A DNA stretch of 63,814 nt from Chlorokybus atmophyticus (taxonomy: Eukaryota > Plantae > Mesostigma and Chlorokybus algae). Below, in pieces: positions 1 to 11,687 of this stretch (the stretch's first letter is position 1; each line of letters begins with the position of its first letter). The position numbers and the translations under genes were made by a program. Where the stretch lies: the NCBI GenBank assembly GCA_009103225.1, contig RHPI01000797.1, positions 557,064 through 620,877 of the forward strand, read 5' to 3'. Under the pieces are notes generated by a model. That model made no database searches and was not told the DNA's origin. It worked only from the letters and a program-made list of their open reading frames with translations.

Positions 1-124
1 TGTACGCTCGACGCGTGCGTGCGTGCGCGGGAGAAGGCAAGGTTCCGGTGTGAAGACTGTGCTCAGCTGGACACATGTGTTGTATGATCTGTGTGCTGTG
101 TATGTGAGCACGAGCATTGTTACA
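1..124 (+). repeat. 3' portion of the 5' LTR of element 1
   Basis: Aligns without gaps to 5472-5595 with 11 mismatches in 124 nt (9 transitions, by manual count). Ends ...TGTTACA, immediately before the PBS. Confidence 0.93.
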
Positions 125-125
125 G

Positions 126-137
126 TGGTATCGGAGC
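126..137 (+). promoter_or_regulatory. Primer-binding site (tRNA-iMet type)
   Basis: TGGTATCGGAGC 1 nt after the LTR end; the canonical plant PBS is TGGTATCAGAGC. Confidence 0.9.
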
Positions 138-210
138 CCTTGGAAGGGTTGGGTTCTTGTTTTAAGGGGATTTTAACTATATCTGTAGTGTGTGACGTAT
201 TTTTCTGTTT

Positions 211-1254
211 ATGGACGCTACCATGGATGATGCCCATGTTGTGGAGCTTCAGCAAGTGCTGGTGGCTATTTACGAGGAGCTGCAACGTATTCAAGCATCT
301 GCCCAAGCTCAAGCGGCACAATTTTAAGAAGTCTTGGCTCAAGTGCGCGCGGCTACGCCCATTGCTGCACCTATGGCTCTTCCACCAGCCTCTCGCCATG
401 TGAAAGTGCCAAAACCGCAGCCATTCAAGGGCGAGAGAGATGGTGACTGCGTCGAGGAGTGGGTGTTGGCTGTCTCTTCATGGTTGAAGCTTACTGAGGT
501 AACCGTACATCTCCATGTCGATGTGGCTGCTACTTCCTTTGAGGGAGCTGCACTTGTGTGGTGGCATCATCGCTGTGCTCGTGTGGAAGCTAGTCTTGAG
601 GTTCCCTTTGTCACCGTGGCTGAGCTGGCCGCTCAGGTGAAGAAACAGTTCGTGCCGGTGCAAAGCATGAAGACGGCACGTGATCAGCTCTCTACACTTG
701 TGCAAACACAGTCCATGATGGCCTACGCGTCTGCGTTTCAGCGTCTTGTGCGCTCCATACCCAACATGACTGAGGAGGAGCAGCTGGACCGCTACACGCG
801 CGGGTTGAAGACTCTTTGTCGCAAGGAAGTTGAGCTTCGTGACGCCAAGTCTCTTGCGGAGGCCATTCGCATCGCCGAGCGTACGGACGTGTTGTATTTC
901 AAGGGTACCGCCAAAGACACTGATTGTGGACGCTTCACTCAGTCGCGGGGAGGTTTGTATCGCTCATACACACCGTTGGAAGCTGGTTCAGGAGCTGCAA
1001 CAGCTGCGGGGGCTGGCCTGGGACCTACACCAATGGAGTTGGGCGTTCTCTATGCCTCATAGAAGGATGTGAAAGGTTGGGAAGATGTCAAGGCAGTTCG
1101 GAAGTGTTGGGAGTGCTCTTCCACTGAGCATATGCGCTCCAACTGCCCCATCTTCAAGGCAAAGTCGGCTGCACATGCACGCAACGCGCGCGGCGGTGGA
1201 TGTGTGAATACGGTGGAGGAGGAGATGTTGCAGTCAGGAGACGGCTCACCTTAG
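211..1254 (+). pseudogene. gag: gag of element 1 with two in-frame nonsense codons
   Basis: Frame 211-1254 reads MDATMDDAHVV...; TAA 322-324 and TAG 1060-1062 interrupt it. Retrotransposon gag-like PQPFKGERD...WW...Y...F..L and terminal C-x2-C-x4-H-x4-C. Confidence 0.88.
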
Positions 1255-4200
1255 TAGCTAAAGAGGCTGCTGCTGGGGTTGTGATGGAGCCTCATTCTGA
1301 TGTTGACAATTCAGAGCCTTTCGTGGATGCGTCGATGACTGTTGGCGGCATGTGCGCAACGGCGACGCGGAACGGTGTGGTTCGTGTGCTTGACAAGGTG
1401 AGGCAGCTGCTAACAATCACGGCCATGATATGTGAGGGTCATGGGCCTTGGGTGGAGTACAAATTGCTGGTGGATAGTGGCGCGAACAGCAACTTCATGA
1501 ATCACGAGGTTGCGCGTCGACACAAGTGGCTCTCGTGGGCGAATGCCGGCTCCGTGACTCTCGCGGACGGCCGTGCGCCAACCGGAGCTATAACGCTGAG
1601 CAAAAAGCTTGAAGTTCACGCTGGGATGATGAAGGATAGCCTACGGTTTTGCTGCATCGACATTGGCAACGGCTTTGATGGCATTTTGAGGCTACTTTGG
1701 CGGGTGGTGGTATGGCTATGACACGCTTGGGTGCTTCGTACCGTAGTGAGTGTTTGGTTTAAGAGCGTATGAGCTGCATCGCATGCCTGCCAGCAGTGCA
1801 CCGCATGCGTGTGAGGTGCATGGCGTAAAGGCGTGCCAGCAAGATGCACAACATGCTTCTGGCTCGAGGGGGGAGGATCTGGAGCTGGAGTCACAAGTTT
1901 GCTAAGGCTTAGATCGAGATCTGGTGCGGGAACGTGTGAAGGATGCATCGTTGTGTATGGTGCGTGACACACCGCCAAAGTTAGATCCAAAGCTGGTTGG
2001 TACTGGTGTGGAGGGTTTACAAGACCCTGAGGTGCAGAATTTTGCTTGAGGAGTTCAAAGACATCATGGTGGACGGGTTACCATCTGATTTGCCACCCAC
2101 GCGCAGCGTTAATCACCATGTGGAGCTCATTGAGGGCGTGCACAAGCCGCCGTACAAACCAGTGTACAAGTTGTCTCCGGCTGAGCTCGAGGAGGCGGAG
2201 AGACAAGTTGAGATATCCACCTTCTGCAACGTGGATACATCAGGCCTAGCAGGTCTCCTTATGGTGCACATATCTTGTTTGTGCGCAAGAAGAACGGAGC
2301 CTTGCGCATGTGCATTGATTATCGGCCGGTTAACAACATCACAAAGAAAAATGTGCTTCCTTTGCCTCGCATGCATGACTTGTTGGAGAAGGTAGAAGGT
2401 GCTAAATTTTTCAGAAGCTTAGATTTAGCTGGCGGCTACCATCAAATCCGCATAGCGTCGGAGGACTTCGAGAAAACGGCCTTCACCACTCGCTATGGCC
2501 ATTACTAGTGGTTGGTAATGGCGTTTGGGATGACCAACGCTCCGGCAACATTTCCAACCTTGATAAACGGTGTTTTTGCTGATTTGATTGGCAAGGGTGT
2601 CCTCGTGTTCCACATTGACATTCTTGTGTACACGAAGAGCAAGAGAGAGCACATGGCGTTACTACGTGAGGTGATGACGCGTCTATGTGCACACAAGCTG
2701 TTTGCTCAGCTCAACAAGTGCCGTTTCTTGCTGCAAGAGGTAGAGTACTGAGGTCATCTTGTCTCCAAGCAAGGGATCAAAGCGGACCCCAACAAGCTTG
2801 CGGCGATGCGTGATTGGACTGCTCCAAAGAACGTGAATGATGTCATGTCGTTCCTAGGGTTGGTAGGCTACTATCGCGAGTTTGTGAGAGGCTTCTCGCA
2901 CTTGGCAGCACCAACGGCATTGTTGAAGAAGGGGGTGAGCTGGAGCTGGTCGCAGGCTGAAATGAAGGCATTTTTTGACTCGAAAGCGGCCTTAACATCA
3001 GCACCCGTGCTGATGCATCCCAACATGCAGTTGCCCTTTGTAGAGGCGTGCCACAGTGTGACGCTTCCGATAAGGCCGTCGGAGCTATGTTGCAGCAAGA
3101 TCATGGCAACGGCTTGCAACCAGTTGCATTTTTCAGCAAGAAGTTGAGTGGAGCTGAGCTCAACTACCCCGTTCATGAGAAGGAATTGCTGGCGCAGGTG
3201 TTGGCGCTACGGCAGTGGCGTTGTTTCCTTGAGGGCAAGCGCTTCACACTTGAACTAACCACTTGCCATTGAGGTTCCTTTATACGCAGCCTCACCTCTC
3301 ACGTCGGCAAGCACATTGGCTCGAGTTCTTTCAACTCCCGACTTTGGAGTCAAGTACAAGCCCGGCTATTCAACAAAGGTTGCGGACACGTTGTGTCGGT
3401 ACCTCAATGCCATAAAAACGATTGTACAAGTGCCGCCGGAGTGGTTGGACCAGATCCGAGCCTTGTTGCATGAGGACGCCGTTGGTAAGAAGGCTATCGA
3501 GGCGCTCGAGAACGGAACTGATCATGGCGGCCTTTGGGCATTGAAGGACGGGCTGCTATGGCACGGGGATTGCATGTACACCACATTGCGCACATGTGCG
3601 TGGGACTGATGAAGGAAGCACACGACGCGCCAATGGCTGGTCATCAAGGGCTGGAGCGGACGCTAGCCTTGTTGCAACAGCAAGTTTTCTGGTCGGAGAT
3701 GCATCGTGATGTCAAGGACTATGTGGCATTGTGCGACACTTGTCAAAGGGTGAAGGCGAGCAACCAACGAGCCAGCGGGCTGCTCCAGCCATTGCCAATA
3801 CCTTTGACTAAGTGGGAGCAAGTTACTCTCGACTTCAACACGGGGCTGCCACGAACACGCGAAGGACATGATGCTATCTTGGTGTTTGTGGATATGACCA
3901 GCAAAATGGTGCGGTTGGCGCCATGTACGGAGACTTGCATGGCTCCCGAGGCTGCCAAGTTGTTCATCAAGCATGTGGTGCGCTCTCATGGCCTCCCGAG
4001 GAGCATTGTGAATGATAGGGACCCGCGGTTCACGGGAAACTTTTGGAAATCTCTCCATTCAGCTTTGGGCACGACCATGAAGTTTAGCAATGCCTACCAC
4101 CCCAAGACAGACGGCCAAACGGAACGCACCAATTGTGTGGTCGAGGACATGTTGCGGTGCTATGTGAACAGCCAACAGGACAATTGGGGAGACATGCTAG

Positions 4201-4912
4201 AGCTAATTGAGTTCACCATCCAACAACCACAAGAGTGCAAGCACGGGCATGACACCTTTTCTCATGCACTATGGGCAACATCCGTTGACGCCGTTGACGG
4301 CATGGGCGCCTGACATGCAAAGTTAAGATGTGGAGGCCGTGGATGGCTTTCTTCAAGAGGTGTGCCAACATTAGCAAGGCAGCTCGTGAGGCTCTGATTG
4401 TGGCACAGAACAGGCAAAAGCAATACGCCGATGCGCATCTCAAGTACGTTATCTTTCCGGAGGGAGATCGTGTGATGCTCTCTACAAAGCATGTGCAGCT
4501 GGTCACGGGTGTGCGCAAGCTGAGTGAGTGATGGTTGGAACCTTTCAAAGTCATCAAGGTCATCTCAGAGGTAGCTTACAAGCTGGAGCTGCCCGATACC
4601 ATGCGTGTGCACCCCGTTTCTCATGTCTCGCTGCTTAAAGCTTACAAGGGGGAGCCGCCACCTCGTCCACCTCCGATTCTGGTTCGAGAGGGCCAAGCTG
4701 AGTGGGAGGTGGAGGCAATCATCAAGGCCAAGCTGGTGGGAGGTGTGCGCAAGTACTTGGTGAAGTGGCGCGGCTATTCAATGCACGAGGCGACGTATGA
4801 ACTCGAGGAGAGTTTTCCCAACGCCAAACAAATCTTGCAAGAGTACATGGCCAGAGGAGGCACTCGTCAGCTTCGAGGGCGAAGCTTCCCCACGGCGGGG
4901 GAAGGGGTGTAA
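1200..4912 (+). pseudogene. pol: pol of element 1 (PR-RT-RH-IN-chromodomain), fragmented
   Basis: ORF fragments: 1200-1721 protease; 2275-2751 RT (LRMCIDYR, LDLAGGYHQIRI, MAFGMTNAPATF); 2806-3272 RNase H (CDASDKAVGA, YPVHEKELLA); 3534-4313 integrase; 4535-4912 chromodomain. Confidence 0.93.
4894..4907 (+). promoter_or_regulatory. Polypurine tract of element 1
   Basis: GGCGGGGGAAGGGG directly before the TGTAAC LTR start. Confidence 0.85.
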
Positions 4913-5595
4913 CAGCCTGGACTCTTTTCCATATTTTACTGCATGTCTATATGTGTTTTGCTGTTTTTCTGACTTTATAAAGGCTTTAAGAAGGGCTTTC
5001 ACAAGCTGTACGCGGTGCTTGGCTGCAGTGCGCGACTCCGCCTGCGACCGACCCAGTAGTAGCACCTGCCTGCCGGCGACGTGACCTACTGTGAGACAGC
5101 GGTGACGTAGCTGACTAGACTGCACGGTGCGGTACCTGCCTTTACGCGAACTGTACAGTCAGCTACCGCTGCGCAGTACCTTGACGCGGAGTGCACAGTC
5201 AGCTGCCGCGTGAAAGGTACCCCGACGCGCGGGGCAGCCACTTGCACTGCTACAGGTCTTTTAGTTTTGGTTTTAAAAAATGTAGACAAGACACCTGGTT
5301 ATCAGGCTGCTTTGTTTTTGTGCTTGTATAAATAGAAATCCTGTGCAATATAACCAACTTTTCTTTCTGCTCTCTGCTGTGAGTATGCTAATGTATGCTC
5401 GAGAGAGGCGTGATCAAGCCACATTGCTGCGTTCTTGCTTGGCGCGGGAAGTATTAGTGTTCATGTGCGTGTGCGCGCTCGACGCGTGCGTGCGTGCGCG
5501 GGAGAAGGCAAGGTTCCGGTGTGAAGACTGTGCTTAGCTACACACATGTCTTGTATGACTTGTGTGCTGTGTATGTGAGCATGAGCATCGTTATA
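4908..5595 (+). repeat. 3' LTR of element 1 (688 bp)
   Basis: Starts TGTAAC after the PPT; last 124 nt match the window start; ends ...TTATA (TTACA in the other copy). Confidence 0.9.
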
Positions 5596-5603
5596 ATTTG
5601 CCT

Positions 5604-5672
5604 CTAGTCGTGGTGCACCAGGTAGCGCGTTTGCCTTAAACCGCACGACGGGGTTGAAACCCCAGCGAACGC
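5604..5672 (+). pseudogene. Degenerate tRNA-like sequence, resembling tRNA-Val(UAC); tRNA pseudogene or SINE head
   Basis: D-arm GTGC/GCGC with A14, G18, G19, A21 in register. Anticodon arm TTTGC-CTTAAAC-(C)GCA resembles Val(TAC) TTTGCCTTACACGCAAA. T-arm GGGTT-GAAACCCC lacks C56. The acceptor stem is only partly paired. Confidence 0.45.
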
Positions 5673-6316
5673 ACTTACATTGAATGCTATATTTCACTTT
5701 GCAGTGCGCGACGATGGCCTTAAGTTAATGAAACTCCCATATTCTGCCGCCTTCACGAAAAATCACACCGTCCTTGCAGATGCGGCGAATAATTCAATTC
5801 CCATAACTTGGTAGCCGTAGAAGGCTTCAAGGTATTCATTGAATCATAAATTGAGTCGAAAATCATTTCAAGCTTCATTATTGTTGCACCAAAAGTGTCC
5901 CCCGAATTGTGCAACATGCTCACTGTATATTGTATACACTGCATCCTCCTAATGCAACATGTCATTATACTCCATCCATGTACTGTCCTCCTCCTCCTCC
6001 TCCTCCTCCGAAATCTAAAAACTGGAGGCCTAAACCACTCAATACAAGTTTTCAACGAGCAAGCGAGGCACCACCACGTTGCTGACACTCCTAGAGCTAG
6101 TGTCACCATCAATCCACCTCTCAAGGGCAAAGGCGTCCATTCCAAGTCCTGGAGCCTCACACCTGCAAGCCAGTTGTCATAAGCCTGGCGGGTAGGAGGT
6201 ACAAGTAAGTCTTTCTTATCGTAGTTGAAGCCATGGGGGCAAGGGTATACTTTTTGACATGAAAATACCGCATCTGCGCAGTGTCGCACAAGTCGTAGGT
6301 GGAGATCGAAGGAAAC

Positions 6317-6617
6317 TGTAAGGAGGGGAGTTCTACCTCCCCCTTTAATCCCCTACCCCAACACCACCAACCATAGCCACGTCGCCGCCGCCGCCGCTGG
6401 CAGCCAGGGGATCGAAAGATCCCCTGGCTATAGCGGTCGCTGCGTTAGCGATATCAACTTGAGACTCGTGTCTCAAGTCGATACCGGTGTTAAATAACAC
6501 CTTATTAGGGCCTATAAAGGCCCTAATACGACTTTAATGGCTGTGTTTATCCCGTTGGGACCCCTATTTCTCATCAAATAAGGGCTGAGAACTGCATAGC
6601 GGTAGCACTCCGTTACA
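6317..6617 (-). repeat. 3' LTR of element 2 (301 bp)
   Basis: Homologous to 12587-12920; preceded on the minus strand by PPT TGGGGGGGAA. Confidence 0.95.
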
Positions 6618-6655
6618 TTCCCCCCCACTTAGGTTTCAATGTCCTCATTGAAGGA

Positions 6656-9600
6656 TTAGCAAGGCCCCACTGTGAGCACTGAAAACCTCAGTGAGAAAAG
6701 AACCATGGCCGAAGCGGTAAAGATGTCTGCCAGCACCCTTTTACCGTCCGCGTGCGGACACATCACTCTAGTACGCCCGAAGAATCTCCTGGCAGTTGGT
6801 ATGATTCCTTTCGGGTTCCACGTGTTGTGTTCAACACCATACCCTTTCCATTCAACAAGTCGGCGCGCGTTGGCGTCGGGGCTAACGGTGACTCTGAATT
6901 GTTTCCACCTCATACTCAAAAGTACTATCGCCATCCATTGCGACTGGGGGTGGCGGAGGTTGAACCCGACCGTTTGAACGGTACGGTTTCAGTACACTCA
7001 CATGAAACACATTATGTATACGTATGGAATGTGGTAACTCCAAATGATACACGTGAGTGCCGACCCGATCAACCACTTCAAAGGGGCCTATCCAGAGAGG
7101 GAAAAACTTTCGGGTACCCACTCCCTTGATGGATATGTTTTTAATGCTCGCGAACTCAGCCACTGGAAGATAAAAGATCCCAATCACACTAATTCGGACT
7201 CACATAATGCCGAATGGTTTCCTCAATCACTTAATTGGCGCGTTCATTCTGACCATCAGTCTGCGGATGATAAGCGGTACTCATGTGTTGCTGTATTTGC
7301 AGGAAGTTGCATAGCGACTTTTAAAACTGAGCTACAAACCTCGGGTAACGGTCAGAGATAACGTTGCGAGGCAAGCCATGCAACTTGAACACTAACGCGA
7401 CAAAAACCATCGCTAGATCTCGGGAGCCTATCTCCGTACAGCAAGGAACAATGTGAACCATTTTTGTCAAACGATCCACGAACACGGCAACCGCAGTATG
7501 ACCCAACGCTGTCTCAGGGAGCTCAGTGATAAGGTCCATACTCACACTGTCCCACTTATTGTCAGGTTTTGGTAACGGCCGCAGTATCTCAGCGGGCTTT
7601 TGACGTAACGGTTTGTCACGTTGACATTTGTCACACGTGTCCACATACCGCTTCACATCAGCAGGCAACGATGGCCACCAATACAACTGTTGCGCTGCCT
7701 TACTAATCTTGCGACTACCAAAGTGCCCAATGTAAGGTGGATCGTGTACATCCGCTATGCATTTTACACGCAGTTCAGCATGATCAGGGATCGCCAAACT
7801 GTTGCTCATGTAATACAGACTGTCACGTTTGTCAAACTTTTGTAAGTTGTTTTCATTAGAAAACCACGGGTCCAAAGTGTACCCATGTACAACAGATTGC
7901 ACAAACTCATCATCGGGAGACAATGTGTTGCGTGTCGCGAGTAATTGCGCGCATCACCGCCAGTAATGACGAGCAGCGACTCAATGGGTCAGCCATATTG
8001 GCTCTGCCCGGCTGCTACACCCAATCAAAGGTGAACCTGGAAAAAAACTCAATCTAGCGCGCTTGCCGTCTCGACAAGTTTTGCTATGTTTAGAAATACA
8101 CCAACGGGTTATGATCAGTCACAACAGTGAATCGAACACCCTATAAGTAACATCTCCATGTCTCGAGAGCATGAACTATACCCAATAGTTCTTGCTCTAT
8201 CGTAGTGTAGTTCACCTCTGCAGGAATGAACTTCCTACTCTCATAAGCACAAGGTCTACCATCTTGCAATGGTACCGCACCACACCCAAGTGTTGATGCG
8301 TCACTGACCACTGTGAAGTGTTTGTCCCAATTGGGCAGTGCTAACACCGGCACCGATGTTAAAGCCAACTTCACCTTTTGCATAGCAGCTTCTTGCGCCG
8401 TGTTGTCCAAGTGAACGGGGCATCTTTACGCAACAGTTTGGTCATAGGCATGACAACTGTCGCGTACCCCATTATGAACTTGCGAAAATAGTTTGCCAAC
8501 CTCAGAAACGACCTTAGTTGATGGATATTCTGAGGTTGGGGCCACTCTTTCACAAATTGCACTTTGCGAGGGTTAGGTTTGATACCTGCACCACTCACAA
8601 CGTGACCAAGAAAGGGCAACTCCGTTTTACAAAAATCACACTTGGTGAGATTTGCCAACAAACGATGCTTGCGCAATCTTGCAAACACCGCTTCCAAGTG
8701 TTGCCTATGTTTTTCCTTTGTTTTACTGAAGACAATAGTGTCATCCAAGTATATCATTACATGTTGACCAAGCATGTCACCGTAATTTTATTCATTTCCT
8801 TCTGAAACACAGCGGGTGCATTAATCAATCCAAAAGGTAACACTTTGTATTGATAATGGCCGTAGGTGTCCTAAATGCTGTCTTATATACATCCGAAGGG
8901 TGAATCCGGATTTGATGATACCCGATGGTCAAGTCTAGCGTACCAAAGTACTCATTCCCTGACAACTTGTCAAACACATCATCAATCCTTGGCAACGGGT
9001 ATCTGTTCTTTACCGTGATCTTGTTTAGAGCACGGTAATCCACACACATGCGCAAACTCCCATTCTTTTTCATAACAAACAATATGGGTGCGCCAAAGGG
9101 TGAAGAACTTGGTTCAATCAATCCCTTTTCCAATAACTCTTTTTACTGTGTTTCCATTTCCCCCCTCTTACGAGGGCCCAACCTATATATAAGCCGAAAT
9201 GAAAGCTCACTATCAGGAATTAAAGGTATTGTGTGTCCGACACCTCGATCAACGGGGCAAGCCCGGCAACTCACCTGAGAACACATTCTGAAATTACTCA
9301 ATGATGTCCGCCACACCTTTTGTATTGCCAGGCACTACATCATTACTCGACGCTAAGTGCATTAGACAAGCAGATGTGTTTTTACGTAACGCACGCTTCA
9401 CTTGAAGCGCCGTAAGTAACGCATGGTCTGTTTGCTTGTATTTCAAGCTATGCGACCCCTGCACATACAAAGTGATGCGCTTACGCCCCCTCTTTACTGT
9501 GCACAGCCGTGCAGCAGTATCTAATGGCATAGACACTTGATTCTGCCATTCTTGGCCAAATACCACATCAACACCAACTATGTTAATGGGCACTACGATG

Positions 9601-10244
9601 AAAGTTAAATTGGCTTGATAACTACCAATCTTAACTTTCAACTTGATTTCACCTTTTACCGATAACGTACCCCCAGCACCAGCAGCCGAGAATGCTGAGG
9701 GTGTACACGCTATCTTATTGCGCATAACCCATTTTTCTTCGACGAAGTTATGCGTTGCCCCGGTGTCAACCAAGAACGAGCTAGTAATACTTTGTGCCGT
9801 GCCTGTGAAGGTCCACAATAAAGGTACTACTCGCCCTTGAAAGGTAGCCAAGATTCCATGACTGATGCGCGGGTTAATCAATATTGCTGACAACCGTACT
9901 GTCCCCGTCTCACGCTTTGTGAATTGTTTAAACACAGTTCCCCCCTGAGTATGCTTTAGCCACGGTCCATGATACTTCGGCACCATGACAACCACACTCA
10001 GCGTCATGCGTTTATTTTATAACTCACACAATGTGCGCAAAACGTCTGTTAGCATGTTAAATTCTACATGCACTAGCACACAAGCCTGGTCATCCACTTT
10101 TTCACTGTCAAAAAGTGGCAGCTTGTCATGTGCTTGCCATGCATGTGTCATTACATGTACACGAGACAACTCGTCAAACCAGTTTGCTGCATGTAACACT
10201 AGCAACTGGCCACTAGATGAAGGTACATCAGTCACGACGTAATC
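6656..10244 (-). pseudogene. pol: pol of element 2 (extra N-terminal region, PR, RT, RH, IN, chromodomain), fragmented
   Basis: ORFs 9294-10007 (protease), 8825-9133 and 8371-8775 (RT: [21 protein letters not shown]), 8141-8410 (RH: SDAS, YTTIEQELL), 7321-7923 and 6882-7187 (IN), 6656-6934 (chromodomain). Confidence 0.93.
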
Positions 10245-11687
10245 CTATTCAACCTTCTTAGCCTTGCCCTTTCCCTTATTTGGGCAGTTCTTCGCAATGT
10301 GACCTGGCTAATGGCACACGTAGCAGGCGCGTGCTACAATAGGTGTAGCACCACTCACGCAGGTGCGTATGAGGTTTTGGCCTTTTTCGCCACATGCGCA
10401 CTTGGTGGAGGGAACCGCTTCCCCCCTCCCCCATGTGGCTTGACTGAAGCCACCACCTGTGACTTGTCCTGCACAGCCGCATCATCTTCATTGAACAGAT
10501 ACACACTCAACCTTTGCAAGGTTGCGAGGTCCACGGGAACCCAAGGTTGCCCCGTCGACGTGTTGTTCTGCAACTGGTCGCGCAAGCGCGCATCCAAGCC
10601 GCGCTTGTACAGGTAAAACTACTCAGCCTTGTCCATGGGCATGAGCCCACTGTTAACACGGCCAACAAAAGCCTGAAACTCCTGCAAGTACACTGAAACC
10701 GCCCGACCATTCTGCAGCTTGGTAAGCTTGTTGCGAGCAGCAATAGCCGGGTCCATGCCACCATAGCGCTCCATCAAGAACTGAAACAATGCCTCCACAG
10801 TCTTGGAAGCACCATCCTCCGTTTGACGCGCCCACTTGGCCAAAGCGTCAGGTGGCATGAGCAACTCAGCAACAAATGTATGCACTAACTGATCGCTGAA
10901 GTGCAGCCAAGTAGCGCTTTACATTCACCACCCAATCATGAATGTTCACAGCCCCATTGGGTTTGAACTTCTCGGGCTTGTTCAGCGCTGTGACGGGTAG
11001 GCCAACTGATGTCCCTGCTACAGCTGTGGTAGCCCCGGCCACCTGCTGGCGTAATGCCACCAATTTGGACTGCATAGCATCGAGGCGTGCAGTCAAGCGC
11101 TTTTCTCGAGCTAACTTCTCCTCCAGCTCAGGCCCTAAGTATCAGAAGAGGTCATTGCAACGCATCTGAGTTTCCACCGTCAATAAGGTGAGAGCCTCGA
11201 ACGCTATCCTCTAGCCTGAATATGGGCTTGGTTTGTCATAAGTAGCCATAAGAGTGGCCGCTGCCGCATCTGTGCGCATAAGTTACGGTACATTACGCGT
11301 CAACTCGTGCTCGATCATGCGAATCACCATCTCCTTGCTTGCGCGCGGGAGTGTCGCGAAGTCCGTCTCATATGCGTTGCGGACTTGCTGCGCCCACTCA
11401 TCCCACACTTCCTTGCAAAGCTGGGGGTGTGCAGCAAGAAGAGCTTCACGCTCTGATGCGTACTTCGCTATGGCCGCCCTAATCATGCTCTGAGCGTCCA
11501 TAGGTTGGTCATCATGAGAGGATTCATCAAAGAAGCTTCACCACTCTTCGACTTGGCTTCTTCCTCCTCCACTGACACTGTAACCACCACTCGTGTCTGA
11601 GTGCTTCACTTCCTCACCACTTGATGGCTCATAGCATGAATCCTCAGGTACGGGATACATCCCTCCTTCCTCTCCTTGGTGAGACAT
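10245..11687 (-). pseudogene. gag: gag of element 2 with a long acidic N-terminal extension, fragmented
   Basis: Fragments KPEKFKPNGAVNIHDW, AARNKLTKLQ...VSVYLQEF, YKRGLDARLRDQL and knuckle CYVCH*PGHIAKNC; probable start MSHQGEEGG at 11687. Confidence 0.8.

Larger units (their letters stand above)
1..5595 (+). mobile_element. Ty3/Gypsy LTR retrotransposon, chromovirus type (element 1); decayed, 5' LTR truncated by the window edge
   Basis: Order: LTR end (1-124), PBS, gag, CCHC knuckle (CWECSSTEHMRSNC), protease (LLVDSGANSNF), RT, RNase H, integrase (HHCC zinc finger and core with VFVD...NDRDPRF...GQTER), chromodomain (YLVKWRGY), PPT, 3' LTR. The PR-RT-RH-IN order is Gypsy. Multiple stops and frameshifts. 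Confidence 0.96.

Noticed and set aside
1616-1990. Antisense ORF in the protease-RT linker of element 1, suggesting an inversion or extra gene
   Set aside because: The plus strand reads as a frameshifted but continuous linker into the RT N-terminus.
5607-5671. HDV-like ribozyme or pseudoknot (crossing GTCG/CGAC and GCGTT/AACGC pairings)
   Set aside because: P1 is only 4 bp and the L3 loop (CTTAAACC) lacks the conserved UYCNCG pattern; a tRNA-derived origin explains the pairings better.
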